Assembly (NCBI GenBank): GCA_002633005.1
Contig: NMRA01000366.1
Coordinates: 122,307-186,221, forward strand
Length of the DNA stretch: 63,915 nt
Direction of reading: 5' to 3'
Source of the DNA: Phoronis australis
Lineage: Eukaryota > Animalia > Phoronida
Shown here: piece after piece, positions 40,701-51,290 of the stretch
Numbering within the stretch: position 1 is the first letter of the stretch
Layout: each line of letters opens with the position of its first letter
Translations under genes and position numbers: made by a program
The notes under the pieces: generated by a model
Databases searched by the model: none
The model's input: the letters and a program-made list of their open reading frames with translations, nothing else
What the model was told of the DNA's origin: nothing

Positions 40701-43700
40701 GTTTTAGCAGTGGATTTTCTTCCAGATCTCGCATAATATCTTTGAAGAAGGTAGGCCTCGTGATCTCTGATTATAATACCACTTAATGTCAATATACATA
40801 GGTCTGCAAAAAAGGTACAGCAAGATAGCAAGGCTACAAATCCATGAGACATGACTTTGTACCTACTTTGCAAGTACTCAATCTGGCAAAATGCACAGCT
40901 TGCCACTAAAACAGAATTGCTGTCTGAACTGGGCCATAACTGGTGGCACAGGGGTTCCAGGGGCAGCAAGAAGCCTTTTGGCAACTCGTACCTCGCACAA
41001 ACTAAACCATCAAAGTCATGCTGCCTTAAGTACCTTTATAACATAGACATGGTCACCTTAGGAGGCTGTCGATATCTTTAACTCCATCCAACTTGAACAA
41101 ATACTTTGGTAATCAAGATTTCTTTCTGATTCATTTCTTTGTTCATCTACAGTATCACTTTGCACAGGTATGAGTGGTACAACCGTTGCAGCCAAGTTTC
41201 AAGCACTAGCACACTCTGGTGATCACCAGTGTAGTGCTTTAATGATTGATTTACACCGTCATGGAGGTCGATCTCAATTATGTAATTTCAAAACGCTACA
41301 GCAATGATTCAATCAATACAGAATTGGGCCAGTTTCCCAAAAATGGTCAGTCCATGATTTTGTTACCGTAACGAAGGACAGAAAATTGACTCCTAATGCC
41401 CGTTCGTATTTGACCGAGCTGGAAGAGTTTAAGACATTGCCATTCCCCTAAGGTATCCCCCTATCTGCAAAAGTTCATTGCAGCAACATGACTTTGATGG
41501 TTTAATCTATGTGGCGGGCACAATTTGCCAAAAAACTTCCAACTGGTGGAGGGCCTATTGGACAACTGCCATCTCTACTGCAGTCAGTTGAGACGGTGGT
41601 ACTATCTCAAAGTAATAATGCTTTGCAATTTCTCTTAGTGTTTCAAGAATTATCAACTGCAAACAACTAAACAAGTCGTCAATATATGTTACAAGTAGGT
41701 CATAGGCTTAACCACAAGTATAGGCTTAGCCGCTTAGCTTAAATGTCAACAGACAATGCAACTCGGTGAATTTTATGTCTGACAGTTTAACTTTCACACT
41801 CTTCACTTTCTCAGTGAGTTCTAGAACCATTACTTTATTGGATCGAGGTGATTTTAATAAGCTGGGGCCGCGCAATGTCCCGATAACTACCGAAGTATGT
41901 AGGACCGAACAAGTACTTACGCATGATCAAGCTATCATTTGGCCAGCTCGGAATTAGTGACGGATAGCTCACTGCTAAGAGATTCCCAGCGGCAGTGCTC
42001 TGTACCCAGATAAATGCGTCGTTCATTAACTTTCAGCTGCAAGTCTTGCCTTCTTTTCTTTCTAACTGAGTCGGTTAGCTTAGACGAACGTCCCATTTTC
42101 TTGCCCAGCTTTCCACTGTCCGACATCTTGTCTCGTATTGTCTTGCAAAACTGCGTCAGCGATTATTAGCGCAGCACCGTTCTCTGACACGTAGTGTAAA
42201 TGAATAATAGTCCACTGTAGATCAGCATGATCAAATCTCAAGTAATGGTCCAATCATGAAGAATCGTAGAGGTAGGCACAAAATACACGGCACGAGGTAT
42301 AAAGCACATTGGGTGGCAAAGTATTCACTCCACAACACTCTTGACACTGAATCAGCTGTTCGTTTGTCGAATGACTGAGCGCATGCGCGCATTTATAATA
42401 AGTGAAAGGATGATAGGCAGGTATAGGTGGTTACCATACAAGCTTTTCTTCGTAATTCTTTCAAAAACCATGAATTGGGTCATTTTTTCTGGAAATTCCT
42501 TCTCAGGGGGAAGTGAATAACTTTTTAGTAAAGGTTGAAGGAAGGTACTTTGGTTAGGGATCGTTTAAAACGTATTTTTCACGAGTTTTCGCGGTCCATG
42601 CCACTTTAATAAAATTGCCTATGAGTAAATGGATGATTCCGTGGTGTAGTGGTTAAAGTGCTGGACTCGAATTATCTGTAGTTTCAAAAGTCGTGGGTTC
42701 AAATCCTCCCTAGGACAAAAAAAATCACACCATGAGTGTACCACATATCCGTGCTCGTTCTTCTAAGAACGCGGGAAAACATGACGATGGTCGGAGAATA
42801 GACCTCGTCACACTGTACATAGACTAGGGGTTGGTGTAATTAGACCAAGAAATTATTAATAATAGCAGTAAAACGCCACCACCTCAGAGCGGCTTTAGAA
42901 AGTCATACTTGACTTTGATCATGCTTCTACCCATATTTCAACATACGTCATGTTACCAATTTTTACTTTAATAATTTTGAATCAGACGAATTTATGTTTT
43001 GTAAATCACTATTCTGTATGCTAGTTATATTGTCAATAGCTACTACATAATTTATACATTTGGAACAGTGCCCAATGCAGAAGAATTCGTCAAAGCCCTC
43101 CAAGCAGATGTCCAAGGAATACGCGAAGAGTTTAATTGGATCACTAAAGAAGTGGCCTCCGAACTTCCACACCTTAAAAAAGGCAAGCCAATATTTTAGT
43201 ACCATTGCTACTGGTAGCCGCTTGCGAGACACGATGGCGAATTACAGCAAGAAACTTGATTAATAGAACGGAAATAGTAAGCATTATGGGTGTCAACACA
43301 GGCCAATCGTTAACTCCCATGTTTCAACATTCCGAGTGGACATGCTTTCACTTTTCCGGTGACGGCCATTTTGGTAATGTATCACCGTATATAAGTACTG
43401 CTCGATAGATTGTTGCGTGTTTTGCGTACACACTATTGCAGGTGTGAGCTAACTCGAATTTCGAAACTGACCAGAGACACCTTGAGTGACTCAAACATGA
43501 TCTTCCTGAATCGCTAGTCCTTTGAAATGTCCGGCGATAACTGAGTTTGTTGTGAATCTTGACCACGATGAAAAAGGCGTTTGAGTTCTGAAATGGTGTC
43601 CTGTTTCACTGGGCGATCGCAAATTGACAATCAGCTGTCACAGACAATCAAACGACAGATGACCGTATGCTTTTTAGATCTGAAGTAATGCCTGCTACAT

Positions 43701-45415
43701 ACTTCAGGTTTTATATCTATTTACAAGTTCAACTCTTTCTTTGCAGACGAACTGCTACGCCCCGCGGAGGTTGTGAAGGTGATAGCCGCCATTGAGTACA
43801 CGAGCAAAAAGATTGACAAGGAGATCGTTGGCCTTACTTTTTCTGTTAAGGCCTTATATTGTAAGTTGAATTTATAACATTGCACCTTTAGTTCTTTGGG
43901 ATCCAATTCTTGTCATAAGTACGACTTACACTCACACGAACTATTCAGATACTTCTGTGTGAAATTTAAATCAGTATTGAATTAGACGCTTGCAAAACGT
44001 CACATTTTCAAGGTTTACATATAACCAACTTTGGAATTATCATACACGTATCTCAGAATTGGCTGATTGTTATTTAAATTCACGAAATATCACGACGGAG
44101 ATGTTACAAATTATGCCTGCCCGTTTCATTTATTTGCGTTAGCTCTTCTGGCAGTTGGGATTCAGTTGGATTTTTGTCATTGTGCCTACTTTAGTTGTGT
44201 ACGCATCCTCACCGTAACAGTGCACTCGACACTAAATTGATTTATCACGTGTCTATACCGAAGTAGATCAAACTGAACTTAATATTGCATTTCGCCTTGT
44301 TTAACTGGATAAAAACGAAAATCAAATTGGGCCTTTTACTATCATGACATCGGTCACGTGTTATTCCATACCGTGACAGAACTCCATTTCCTTTACCTCC
44401 AAGAACATCCGGGAACCACCAACGACTCAAGTAAACGCTTCAGTGTTTATTGGTGTTCGCCAACCAAAAAATTTCGAAATTGGCGCGTGTACGTATTTAC
44501 TGTGACTTGAGATGTAATTGAAAAAAGAGCCCCATCAGGGTAGGGAATATCTTGAGACCAAACTCATGAGGATAAAACGCTTAATTCGGTTTTGCTTTTC
44601 TGACCAGCTGTTAACTAAAGCAATGCAGCTTGGAGTTTGAGATCGGAGACTGGGTAACCGGATAGATTGTAGAGGCCTAGCAATAAAAAGTGCATTCACG
44701 TTATAACAAATTCATATGGAACAAAAGAAATGAATTGAAAAACTCTTCATACATTCAAATTTCCCTAAGATCGACTTCTCTAGAGAATGTGCGGCAAGGG
44801 ATGACGAAAAATATAACAACGAATTGAAAGCAACGGCCAGACGAACTTCAGTCAGCGAACATGCAAATTTCCCGCATGTAGCGTATGAATGCTCTGAACC
44901 TATTTGTGGTTTACGCTTATGTGACATTTCAGCGTACCTAAGCAAGGCTGGTGAGGACAAACCTACCGACAAAAAGCAGGTTCTGTCGGAGTTGCGTTCT
45001 CTGATGGACGAAATTTCTGCTCTCAAACGTTCTCATTCCAATGACTTGGAAGATGCTTTGGACAAGGTAATTGCTTGCATGTTCAGTGACAAAACACAGA
45101 TTGACTAAAGCTTTTTTGTTTTTTTCTATGCCAATAAAATTTATCGTTATTCGAAATATTACCGATTTCGCAGGTCAAACATTTAAATTCTTGCTTCTCA
45201 CACTAAATTTTGTTGTTAATTATTTTTGTAGGATGATTTCTATCTTTTGACGTCTTACTCCTTACTAATTAGTCCACCTTTTCGCGTTTCACAATCGACC
45301 TTTATGCATGCACTTTTTTTGGTATTTGCTCTGCTAATTAGAGTGACTTGTTATCTATGAAATTTAACAGGCCAACGAGAGAGAGGACTTCCTGAACTTG
45401 GAAAATGACGAATAA
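19668..45415 (+). CDS. 16-exon gene for a 568-aa secreted two-module helical pre-pro-polyprotein of unrecognised family
   Basis: exons 19668-19715, 20597-20723, 23102-23227, 24081-24197, 25106-25189, 25478-25591, 26092-26205, 30686-30810, 31010-31130, 32083-32205, 32928-33044, 34573-34656, 43069-43182 (or identical 35323-35436), 43747-43860, 44933-45066, 45371-45415 total 1707 nt in one open frame; all splice phases compatible; exons 3-8 homologous to exons 10-15. Confidence 0.85.
20597..20723 (+). CDS. polyprotein exon 2, signal end and propeptide (CSARPSTNDVPV...GSLESSEIKKS)
   Basis: ttgcag/gtaagt; phase 0 to 1. Confidence 0.8.
21578..22835. mobile_element. two diverged tandem ~625-bp units, each starting with a ~170-bp palindrome (non-autonomous foldback element)
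   Basis: 22203-22375 is a near-perfect inverted repeat; decayed version ~21580-21745; half copy ~14780-14858; unit bodies are alignable. Confidence 0.75.
22886..23006 (+). mobile_element. solo terminal fragment of the Kolobok-like family at 49255
   Basis: TTAA|AGGAGCATGCC...ctgacacctgacggcagacgga.gtgttgaa matches 49251-49370. Confidence 0.8.
23102..23227 (+). CDS. polyprotein exon 3 (module 1a: PATPEEINDAIRALVKAWPGM...)
   Basis: tttcag/gtacgt; homologous to exon 10. Confidence 0.85.
24081..24197 (+). CDS. polyprotein exon 4 (module 1b: KNDLLEVLKGLWKDL...LNKITTY)
   Basis: tttcag/gtaagt; homologous to exon 11. Confidence 0.85.
25106..25189 (+). CDS. polyprotein exon 5 (module 1c: GYSWEVHNNRLYHLIFVVS...)
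   Basis: ttctag/gtaagt; homologous to exon 12. Confidence 0.85.
25478..25591 (+). CDS. polyprotein exon 6 (module 1d: EEFIKAFHADVQGIR...LPQFKK), GC donor
   Basis: taacag acceptor; AAG|GCATGT donor gives the phase-1 join; homologous to exon 13. Confidence 0.8.
26092..26205 (+). CDS. polyprotein exon 7 (module 1e: DELPRPVEVEMEIAAIEYMSKKID...)
   Basis: tttcag/gtaagt; homologous to exon 14. Confidence 0.85.
28130..30476 (+). mobile_element. composite repeat with internal sub-repeats and 3' hairpin (Helentron/HINE-like) in polyprotein intron 7
   Basis: internal duplicated blocks (~28449-28800/29489-29830; ~29015-29160/30120-30260; 30218-30262/30307-30350); 14-bp stem ACTTG(A/G)CGGAATTC hairpin 30441-30471 followed by an A-rich flank; absent from the paralogous module-2 intron. 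Confidence 0.55.
30686..30810 (+). CDS. polyprotein exon 8 (module 1f: DKPTAEKQELRSLIDELSALKQSLSND...)
   Basis: tttcag/gtaatt; homologous to exon 15. Confidence 0.85.
31010..31130 (+). CDS. polyprotein exon 9, inter-module linker AKERATRSVEIEDDVAEMGGSLMEEERGRKSKKGDRKKTS
   Basis: taacag/gtaagt; phase 0 to 1 like exon 2; RXXR site and basic cluster. Confidence 0.8.
32083..32205 (+). CDS. polyprotein exon 10 (module 2a: PATPELINGTIYALLKAWPLM...)
   Basis: tttcag/gtaagt. Confidence 0.85.
32928..33044 (+). CDS. polyprotein exon 11 (module 2b: KHDKVEALEGLLEDW...LNKITTS)
   Basis: tttcag/gtaagt. Confidence 0.85.
33092..33367 (+). mobile_element. MITE (CA...TG termini, cctggatccg.ccctg end)
   Basis: same family as the 13210 and 63321 copies. 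Confidence 0.7.
34573..34656 (+). CDS. polyprotein exon 12 (module 2c: GYSWEVYNNRLFHLIFVVS...)
   Basis: ctctag/gtaagt. Confidence 0.85.
34912..35143 (+). mobile_element. tRNA-derived SINE (duplicate at 42638-42871)
   Basis: A box GTGGTGTAGTGG, B box GGTTCAAATCC, unrelated body, TAA-rich tail; no clean cloverleaf. Confidence 0.7.
35323..35436 (+). CDS. polyprotein exon 13, copy A (module 2d), probably allelic to 43069-43182
   Basis: gaacag / AAG|GCAAGC; sequence identical to copy B. Confidence 0.65.
35513..42605 (-). mobile_element. large decayed Kolobok-like DNA transposon; far end lost at contig join
   Basis: minus strand begins TTAA|AGTGGCATGGACC; first-exon remnant MGRSSKLTDSVRKKRR...RIYLGTEHCRWESL...NSELAK**LDH then gtaagt (42126-41921); acidic stretch and KFIVF remnant (37957-37712); absent from the allelic copy at ~34880. 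Confidence 0.5.
43069..43182 (+). CDS. polyprotein exon 13, copy B (module 2d: EEFVKALQADVQGIR...LPHLKK), GC donor
   Basis: gaacag / AAG|GCAAGC; contiguous with downstream exons. Confidence 0.8.
43747..43860 (+). CDS. polyprotein exon 14 (module 2e: DELLRPAEVVKVIAAIEYTSKKID...)
   Basis: ttgcag/gtaagt. Confidence 0.85.
44933..45066 (+). CDS. polyprotein exon 15 (module 2f: DKPTDKKQVLSELRSLMDEISALKRSHSND...)
   Basis: tttcag/gtaatt. Confidence 0.85.
45371..45415 (+). CDS. polyprotein exon 16, ANEREDFLNLENDE-stop
   Basis: acceptor context gtgacttgttatct.tgaaatttaacag matches that of exon 9; TAA 45413-45415. Confidence 0.8.
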   Translation, partial: ANEREDFLNLENDE

Positions 45416-45504
45416 ACGGACCGGAAGCGTCATAGCGCACTTCGTAGGACGATAAAAGCTAATCGAAAGTAAACCGATTAGTTGAGAATGTGTTTCCGTT
45501 GGAA

Positions 45505-46651
45505 TCGAGCTCACGTTCAGATGTCACAGAAGACCGGAATCTCCCCACAATATTCAATATCTTGAAACAACACGATGGAATTAAATACAAGTAGTTGAAG
45601 ATTTACCGACTTATTGATATGAGTTCATATCAATTTCACTATAGAAATAAACAGTTTCAAAGTATCAGACGTTTGTTTTGTGACGACTAAATATAAAAAA
45701 TTGTACAGTTTTGATTATTTTCAACATTAACAACATCCAAAGTATTTCCTCAAGGTAGAGGTGCTTTGATCCTTTTTAACTACATAATCTATTCAGACAT
45801 TTGAAATACTTTAACACCTGTTCTAAGCGTGCATGTGTATGTCACACGCATTATTTTGAATGTACCCTCACACGCTTTAACAGGAGAATAAGAAATGATG
45901 ACAGTAGCAATCATCATTTAAACAAACACGTTTTAGTCAAGATGATGTGAAATTAAAAATTGTATGTCAAACTTGTCCACAAAATTAGCAAAGACACAGA
46001 TTCATTGAGAACACAGGAGGCTCAGGGCCCCATCTAAGGACTCTGATAGCATACTCCCCCCACCCCCTTCCATCTTCNTCGAGCTCACGTTCAGATGTCA
46101 CAGAAGACCGGAATCTCCCCACAATATTCAATATCTTGAAACAACACGATGGAACTAAATACAAGTAGTTGAAGATTTACCGACTTATTGATATGAGTTC
46201 ATATCAATTTCACTATAGAAATAAACAGTTTCAAAGTATCAGACGTTTGTTTTGTGACAACTAAATATAAAAAATTGTACAGTTTTGATTATTTTCAACA
46301 TTAACAACATCCAAAGTATTTCCTCAAAGTAGAGGTGCTTTGATCCTTTTTAACTACATAATCTATTCAGACATTTCAATTACTTTAACACCTGTTCTAA
46401 GCGTGCATGTGTATGTCACACGCATTATTTTGAATGTACCCTCACACGCTTTAACAGGAGAATAAGAAATGATGACAGTAGCAATCATCATTTAAACAAA
46501 CACGTTTTAGTCAAAATGATGTGAAATTAAAAATTGTATGTCAAACTTGTCCACAAAATTAGCAAAGACACAGATTCATTGAGAACACAGGAGGCTCAGG
46601 GCCCCATCTAAGCACTCTGATAGCATACTCCCCCCACCCCCTTCCATCTTC
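45505..46651. repeat. 573-bp tandem duplication split by single N (likely unmerged contig overlap)
   Basis: 45505-46077 vs 46079-46651 differ by a few substitutions; N at 46078. Confidence 0.85.
45646..45685 (+). terminator. probable polyadenylation signal of the polyprotein gene
   Basis: AATAAA 45646-45651 followed ~20 nt later by GT-rich gtttgttttgtg. Confidence 0.55.
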
Positions 46652-46704
46652 CAAGATCCGTAAGAGTCAGCAGTCACCACTCTCTACTTCAAGGGGGAAT
46701 CATG

Positions 46705-47204
46705 AATTGGTCAGATTTCAAAATCACTTGCCCGTACTTCAAAACCAGCTGGCTGGATTGCAAAACCGATTGGCCGGTGTTCTAACTTGGTGGTGGAGCT
46801 TCAAAATGGGTTGGCCGGCATCTCAAAAGCAGATTGCAGCACCCCAAAAAATGGTTGGCCGGTGCTCAAACACAATAGGTGAACAAATCGCCGCTTTTGA
46901 ACAAAACAGACAAATAAGTACGAAAAACAAAAACTAGATGTCACTTGAATCCATTCTGACATTGAAAGCCAGACTCTGAGGAAGTCCTTCCGTCGTGTTT
47001 GAGTCACCGGCCAACTTGTAGTACCGGCCATCGTGTTTTGGGTCCATCCAACTAGTTTTTTGGGTGAGGCCATCGCGTTTTAAAGTCCGGCNAACTAGTT
47101 TTTTGGGTGAGGCCATCGCGTTTTAAATTCCGGCCAACACTTTTGATCACCGGCAGCCGACCATTTTTGCAGTCCAGCCGATTGCTTTTGAAAACCGACC
47201 AATT
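46705..47204. mobile_element. ~500-bp foldback/MITE with CCGGCC-type sub-repeats
   Basis: left AATTGGTCAGATTTCAAAA vs reverse complement of right end AATTGGTCGGTTTTCAAAAG; 41-bp overlap duplicate around N 47092. Confidence 0.55.
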
Positions 47205-47858
47205 ATCTCGGATGCACATTGCCCCTCACTCACTTTTCCCGTCTCTCGGACACATTTCTTTACTCGTGCACGGACCAACCCTGCTCCCGCACGTTGTTCC
47301 TTGCCCGCGATGCCACTTCCTACTTCACGGACGAGCTCGTCGACAGAACTGTCGACTGCTTTCGTTGCTGTTTTTTTTTTAATAACTTATTTTAGTGTGT
47401 TCGCAAGACGCGAAAAGTGATAAAGGGTGGGGAATATGCGTCTGCAGGTAGGAGGGAGAATAGCGTGCGCGAGAGGGATTTTGTTCAGGGGAGGGGGCAA
47501 AAAGCCCTAGCCGTGCGTAGGCCGAGAAGTCTAACTTCCTTGCCTTGAATTATTTTTTCACGGGATCCAGTTTTATTTCGAAAAAGTTTGAGCCCGTGAC
47601 AAAATAGCCTCTCGGCTGAAGAAAACAGTTTCGATGTAATCACCGGATAAACAAAAAGTACGGGCAAATAGTTTTTCTGACCTTGTGTGAGCCAAAATGA
47701 AGAGGAGTCAAACCGAGGGCGGGGGTTCTACTGCCTTGCCCACTGCAACCTTAACACGACATGTATATTGATAGCGAACACAAGTTTACCACAGTGTTCA
47801 GCAGCAGGCGTTCAGCGGTGAACAAGTCCCACCGTCGGCTTCTCCCACTCCTTGTGCG

Positions 47859-48735
47859 CATAGGTGGATTTAGGGGGGAGGGGCCCAGGGGGCCCGCTTC
47901 CCCCCCTTAGGCTGCCGCAAAAAATAAAATAGCAAAAGCGTAGGGTAATGTTGAGTTTATTAAGTAATTAACATTATATGGCTGAANTTCGGAACACGGC
48001 GCAATCGTAACGGGGCTACGGCTAAGTATAGGCTCTCCCGCGATATTCGGACGACCGGCAGTGGCGCTGCGCACTACGACTCCGTTTCCGTCGTCTGCTT
48101 CACTGTGCAATGAAGAAAATTACTTACTTTTTAAAGAAAACGGAATATGCGTGACGATGAAAATACAGAAGCTGCTGGTAAGATGTGAATTTTAATCGAA
48201 GCCTTAGTGAATCACTCAGAAACTCATAATTCTCTCTTTGTCAAACCTTAACTTAAGACGATTTCCAAAGCAATCGCGTCATTAATGCCAACACAAAAAA
48301 CGAATTTGGTCTTTTGGGCAATTCAAGACTATTTTAAATACAACAAAAATGTTATGAACTGATTGCACAAAATATTAAAAGTATAATAAGAATTACACAA
48401 AGAAGTACGTTTCGCGCGCAAACGCTGTGGACCATAAACAAGTAGGTCTTTTAGACTCATTGCGCAAGTGAAGTGGTAAAGCACGCGCGCTCTATCCGCT
48501 AGGTCATGAGTTCGAGTCTGTGGTGAAAGCAGTTTGTCAACTTAGACACGTTCTCCGTTTTTTTTGCTTTGCCTCATTTTTCTTGGATAATACTTCAGGA
48601 ATCAAGGAAAATGCTTGATTTTTAGGAAAAAACAGAAAAATTTCCGGTGCTATGCGCATCTACAATCGTGCATTGCGTAAATGTTTACAGACAAAATGTT
48701 GGGCCCCCCCTTGTGATATCCTAGATCCGCTACTG
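47859..48735. mobile_element. non-autonomous DNA transposon with CA..TG termini and 5-bp TSD GTGCG; contains a SINE-like head ~48460-48530
   Basis: GTGCG|CATAGGTGGATTTAGG ... CCTAGATCCGCTACTG|GTGCG. Confidence 0.6.
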
Positions 48736-50949
48736 GTGCGGGACTCTCCTGGTTGTCTCTACAAAGGTTTTACACCAACAACTTAAAAAAGATCCAAATT
48801 GGAATTTTTGAAAAAAAAATCAACAGCTGACATGGATAATCGCGAATTGACATAGGCTTCCCCTCCACGCACAGACAACCAAAAATAAAATAACATACAG
48901 ACGGCGTATCGGCGATTATAAGGCCCACGCGGGCGTTATTTTTCGTGACTGTTCTTGCCCCATCCCCTGAACTCCACCTAAAAGACAGGCACATTCAGAA
49001 GTAAGTAAACGGGGGCCAGTGAGGTGACAGGTCTAGCGGGCTTGCACAACGACAGACACGTGATCACCAAGAGAACAATTTCTTGCTGTTGTACTGGTGA
49101 TAGCTCGTAAAGTGACATTGCTGGCAAGAAAATCAATTTTTCAGAAATTAGCAGTAGCCTGAAAACGAGATCACTATCTCTGAAGTAGCACTCAAACACT
49201 GCTGCTATGCCGAATATTGCATGTTAAATATAAGAGTATTTTAAACGCATTTAAAGGAGAATGCCTCCCAAAAACAACCTATTTTGTATCAATTTAGATC
49301 GATTAGTTCTACTCCATAACGACACGTTCGATTGCTTTACCTGACACCTGACGGCAGACGGAAGTGTTGAAATTATCAAATGACGTCGTTGGTTTCACAC
49401 GCACTCTGTTCAGCAGTTCACAACACGGGTTACTGGTGTCAGTTTATTGCTTGGATTCATCGTTTAACACCAATACATCATCAAACTTCGATGTAAAATC
49501 TTTAAAAATACACCGAGTTCTTATAAAAACGTGTTGTTTTATTTCGCTGTTACGGATTTATTGGTGTTTGGACACACCGTACAGTGAAGGATCTACGTTT
49601 TCAGTAACGTGGGGTTAGGATTCCCGCAAAGGTCGAATCTGAGGCGCAGGGGAGGGAGGTCCTCCCGTGTAAGACAACTTTTTGTTTTTGTGGCCAAACA
49701 GTGAAATTTCCATGCATCCTGGTACGTTTCTGGCACTTAACATATCCCTGGAGTTTTTCTTAACTAAGATAATTAAAAACCCTTCTCGATTTCGTCACAT
49801 GAACTTGGCTCATAAGTTTCGTGAAACCATATTTGTGCACATCGGGGAGTGAGTCACACCACCAGCAAAATTTTTTGTTGGAACATCTGCTTATACACAC
49901 TTTTTTAGCATACGAAAAATTGTGGTGTGTTTACCGGGGTTTAGACAACTACCAAATATTCAAGAGCATAAGAAGCATCGACGGGGCGTAAAAACTTGAA
50001 TATCAGATGATCGCAACAGCCTCAAGCTGTTTAAGAACGAAGACCTGTACTGTTATTCCGGAAATAAACATGTGTTCTTTCTCGTTACGAGAAAAGCTGG
50101 CGAACGATGGTGCTCTCAGCTCATAGTCTATTGTTAAAAGCGACAATAAATAATTAGGTATCACTTTATTAACCTGAATCACGTTGACAACAACAATTGA
50201 AAAACGTCAAATGTATCATGAAACAAATCATCTGAAAAAAGTTTCACGAAACCAAAACATTTTGTACACCGTGGTGAAAAGATATACAGGAGCAGTTCGC
50301 AGAGGGACCAGATGTACGCTGAGGGTACACAAAAACTTTGGCCTGGTCCGTCACGAGACCAAAAGTACACCTGTGCTTATTATCCCTATAAAAATAGTCG
50401 ATCTGTCGCGGGACCAAACAGTACTGGCTGAGATAAATAGTTTTACAAAGCACAGTTTGGTAAAAAACATCATAAGACTAGTTCGCCGAGGGATCAGAAG
50501 TACACTGAAACTCGATATCTACACAAATCAAGCTCGCCTGGTCCGTCGCGAGACCTAAAGCGTACTTTGCAAAAAATTTTGAATTGAAAACTTCTCTGTA
50601 GACACTTTTTAATCCCCACTGGTTGCTCATACGTGTAGTTTACACATCTAGTGGTCAATTGCTGCGAGAGGTTGTCTAGGAAGAGTTTTCACACCGTTCT
50701 GTAGTACTCACTGGAAGAAACAGGTAATGAGTACAGATTTAACTACACACTACGTGAAATAAGATTTTGGATATGAAGCAGGTAGACTCATGTGGAAATA
50801 CAAACCAGAATCAGTTTCTGTGCGCTCGTAGACCCTCTGCTGTACTGGGTAAATTTGGCATGTCCAAAAAAGTAATTTTTATTTCGTTTTCATTGTACAC
50901 AAGCATAAAAAACCGACATTATTACAAACTGTGTAGAATTATAACTTAT

Positions 50950-51290
50950 TACCTGGGTGTTTCTCCAGGAACCTTGGTCCTATCTCTCTGTTGTCTGGAC
51001 TGCCGAGGAATCTGTACACCGGGTCTAATGGTTTGCTCCTCTTGGAACCATTCTACCCAGACATCTTCAACGTTTGTTCCCAACACTTGCACTTCGTCAA
51101 GTGCTGTGTCAATGAGCTTGTACGCCTCTACAATGTCAGCATCTCGTTTCGCAGCTCAGTTGGCACTAAGCCTACTGAGGTTACCAAGTCCATACAAAAG
51201 ACTTACTGCAAGCGCAACTAAATTTGATTCGTTCATCATGGACTACTTCAAACCTTGACGATGTATCCCAGGACCCATTTGCATCTCTTG
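50950..51290 (-). pseudogene. hAT transposase fragment (THAP12/PRKRIR/ZMYM1-like)
   Basis: LVALAVSLLYGLGNLSRLSA..KRDADIVEAYKLIDTALDEV...VEWF...IPRQSRQQRDRTKVPGETP matches the LSxxLQ..DI..A...PR..RQ..R.NVP..TP region of this hAT group; internal stop. Confidence 0.7.

Larger units (their letters stand above)
34881..43258. repeat. ~630-bp duplication 34881-35511 / 42607-43258, probably two haplotypes assembled in tandem
   Basis: about 8 substitutions and one ~20-bp indel between copies; first copy ends exactly at N 35512. Confidence 0.8.

Noticed and set aside
35323-43182. Tandem mutually exclusive exon 13 pair
   Set aside because: Exons are identical and the first copy ends at an N join; haplotype duplication is more likely
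45401-45415. C-terminal ENDE as an ER-retention signal
   Set aside because: Lacks the terminal -EL of KDEL/HDEL-type signals
45505-46651. Biologically duplicated 3' UTR / polyA site
   Set aside because: Copies meet exactly at a single N, typical of an unmerged overlap
50767-51258. 163-aa + strand ORF (also 15942-16319)
   Set aside because: Antisense shadows of the minus-strand hAT and retroelement coding remnants
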